DNA from: Sminthopsis crassicaudata
Lineage: Eukaryota
Direction: 5' to 3'
Length of the DNA: 64,000 bases
Assembly: GCF_048593235.1 (NCBI RefSeq)
Contig: NC_133622.1
Span: 242,327,198 to 242,391,197, forward strand
In this document: one piece after another, positions 62,640-64,000 of the stretch
Numbering within the stretch: position 1 is the first letter of the stretch
Layout of the letters: each line of letters starts with the position of its first letter
Translations under genes and position numbers: made by a program
The notes under the pieces: model-generated
The model's input: only the letters and a program-made list of their open reading frames with translations
What the model was told of the DNA's origin: nothing
Databases searched by the model: none

Positions 62640-62830
62640 AGAGCACCCAGGCAATAATGTCATATACCTCCAGTCAACAAGACCTGAGTTCCAAATAAGT
62701 CTCTGTAAAGTAGAGAAAATAATAGCAACTACTTTCTAAGTTTGTTAGGAATGAATGAGATCATGTTTGCAAAGCACTTAATACATAATACCTGGCACAA
62801 AGTAGGCACTTAAGAAATGCTTGTTTTTTT
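62640..62830 (+). mobile_element. MIR/L2-tail remnant followed by a poly(T)/(GTTTT)n tract to about 62876
   Basis: AAGACCTGAGTTCCAAAT...CTGTAAAGTAG...AATGAGATCATGTTTG...CCTGGCACAAAGTAGGCACTTAA. Confidence 0.6.
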
Positions 62831-62845
62831 TTTTTTTTTTTTTTT

Positions 62846-62876
<31 letters not shown>

Positions 62877-63039
62877 AGGTAGGGGATCTTAGAACATTGT
62901 CCATGAACTCAGAAATTTCAGAGGCTTCTGATTAATGCAAGAGAAAAAATTTACATGAACCATATATTTAGGAAACAAGTATTTATTAAGTGCTAATTAT
63001 ATACCTGGTATTATGCTAAGCACATGTATATAGCAGAAT

Positions 63040-63665
63040 TCATCTGAAAGAATGAAAAAAAAATAGTATATCAATGGAATCAATTAAAACTGTGAAGGAA
63101 GGAAGCATAACAGTGACAAATATCAAATTAAATTACAAAGCAGAAATAATAAAAATTTCCAGTATTGGCTAAAAATAGAATGGTGGATCAGTGGAATAGA
63201 TAAAATAAACACTAAAAGGTAGTAAATGCTTATAATAATCTAATGTTGGATAAAAAAAAAATCTAAGCTTTTTAGATTAAAATTCACCATTTGAAAAAAA
63301 TGCTGGAAAAACGGGAAAATAGTTTGGCTGAAGCAAATTATAAAACAGCAGCTCATATTATATACCAAGATCAGGTAAAATGACTAAAAGATTGAGACAT
63401 AAAGAATTATAACATAAGCAAATTAGCAGAGCGTGGAAAATTTTTACTGTTCAATTGATGGATAAGGAAAGGCTCCATCACCAGACGGAATATAAAGGGG
63501 ATCATAAGATACAAAATGAATCATTTGAATTGCATGTCACTGAAAAGTTTTTGCACAAACAAAATCAATGCATTCAAATTTTAAATGAAAGTAAGAAACT
63601 GGGGGGGGATTTTTCAGGAAATTTCTCTGATGAATGAAATAGATTTCATTTCTGAAATAGATATA
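63040..63665 (+). mobile_element. Degraded L1 ORF2 C-terminal fragment
   Basis: Remnants of DQWNR, YNNLMLDK, CWKN.KIVW and KSFCTNKINA. Confidence 0.75.
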
Positions 63666-64000
63666 TATGTGTGTTTATACATCTATTCATATAAATGACT
63701 CAAGATTGGGAATTCATATCCTCCTAAATGCACATCTAGTACTCTATCCACTAACCTATCTAATCTCATTGAGGGCAGAAATCATTTTATCTCCCTTAAC
63801 TTCCCTTTTTTTAACCAACACTTGGCAGAATCTTTGGCTTATAATAGGCATTCATTTGTATAGAAATAAAGGAACTCCTAAGCCTGTGAGATACCCTACG
63901 TAACAATATACTGGAGGAGAAATGGATTGGAAAGGTACAGCACAAGAAGGAGTATGTTGTGACAGGAGCATGAAGAGGGAGCCTGTAAAGAGTTTTAAAT

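Noticed and set aside
1-64000. CRISPR arrays, rRNA/tRNA genes, CpG islands and additional OR pseudogenes
   Set aside because: None seen. The tRNA-like A/B boxes all belong to SINEs, and no OR motif remnants were found outside the six CDSs by eye (a tBLASTn would be needed to exclude very old ones).

Overview
AT-rich mammalian genomic DNA containing part of a class II olfactory receptor (OR) cluster, with three short N-gaps. The SINE and L1 types point to a dasyurid marsupial, most likely Tasmanian devil (inference). Six OR genes have intact single-exon coding regions: three tandem OR8K-subfamily paralogues (+), an OR5M3 orthologue (+), an OR5T-subfamily gene (-) and an OR5M9 orthologue (+). 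The intergenic DNA is dense in L1 fragments, WSINE1/Mar1/MIR SINEs, L2 remnants, solo LTRs and microsatellites. Four observations stand out. (1) Each of the five + strand ORs has a homologous upstream promoter/non-coding first-exon module (O/E-type sites, splice donor) and a matching acceptor, so two-exon gene models can be read from sequence. (2) The only inverted gene (OR5T) lies between two L1 ORF2 pieces that are almost contiguous in L1 coordinates, suggesting a local inversion or relocation. (3) Several L1s are internally deleted, one possibly spliced. (4) A decayed coding-like segment of about 260 codons at 8.3-9.1 kb could not be identified. I found no evidence for a wholly new multi-gene system. 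Orthology calls rest on my recall of human OR proteins, not on a database search.
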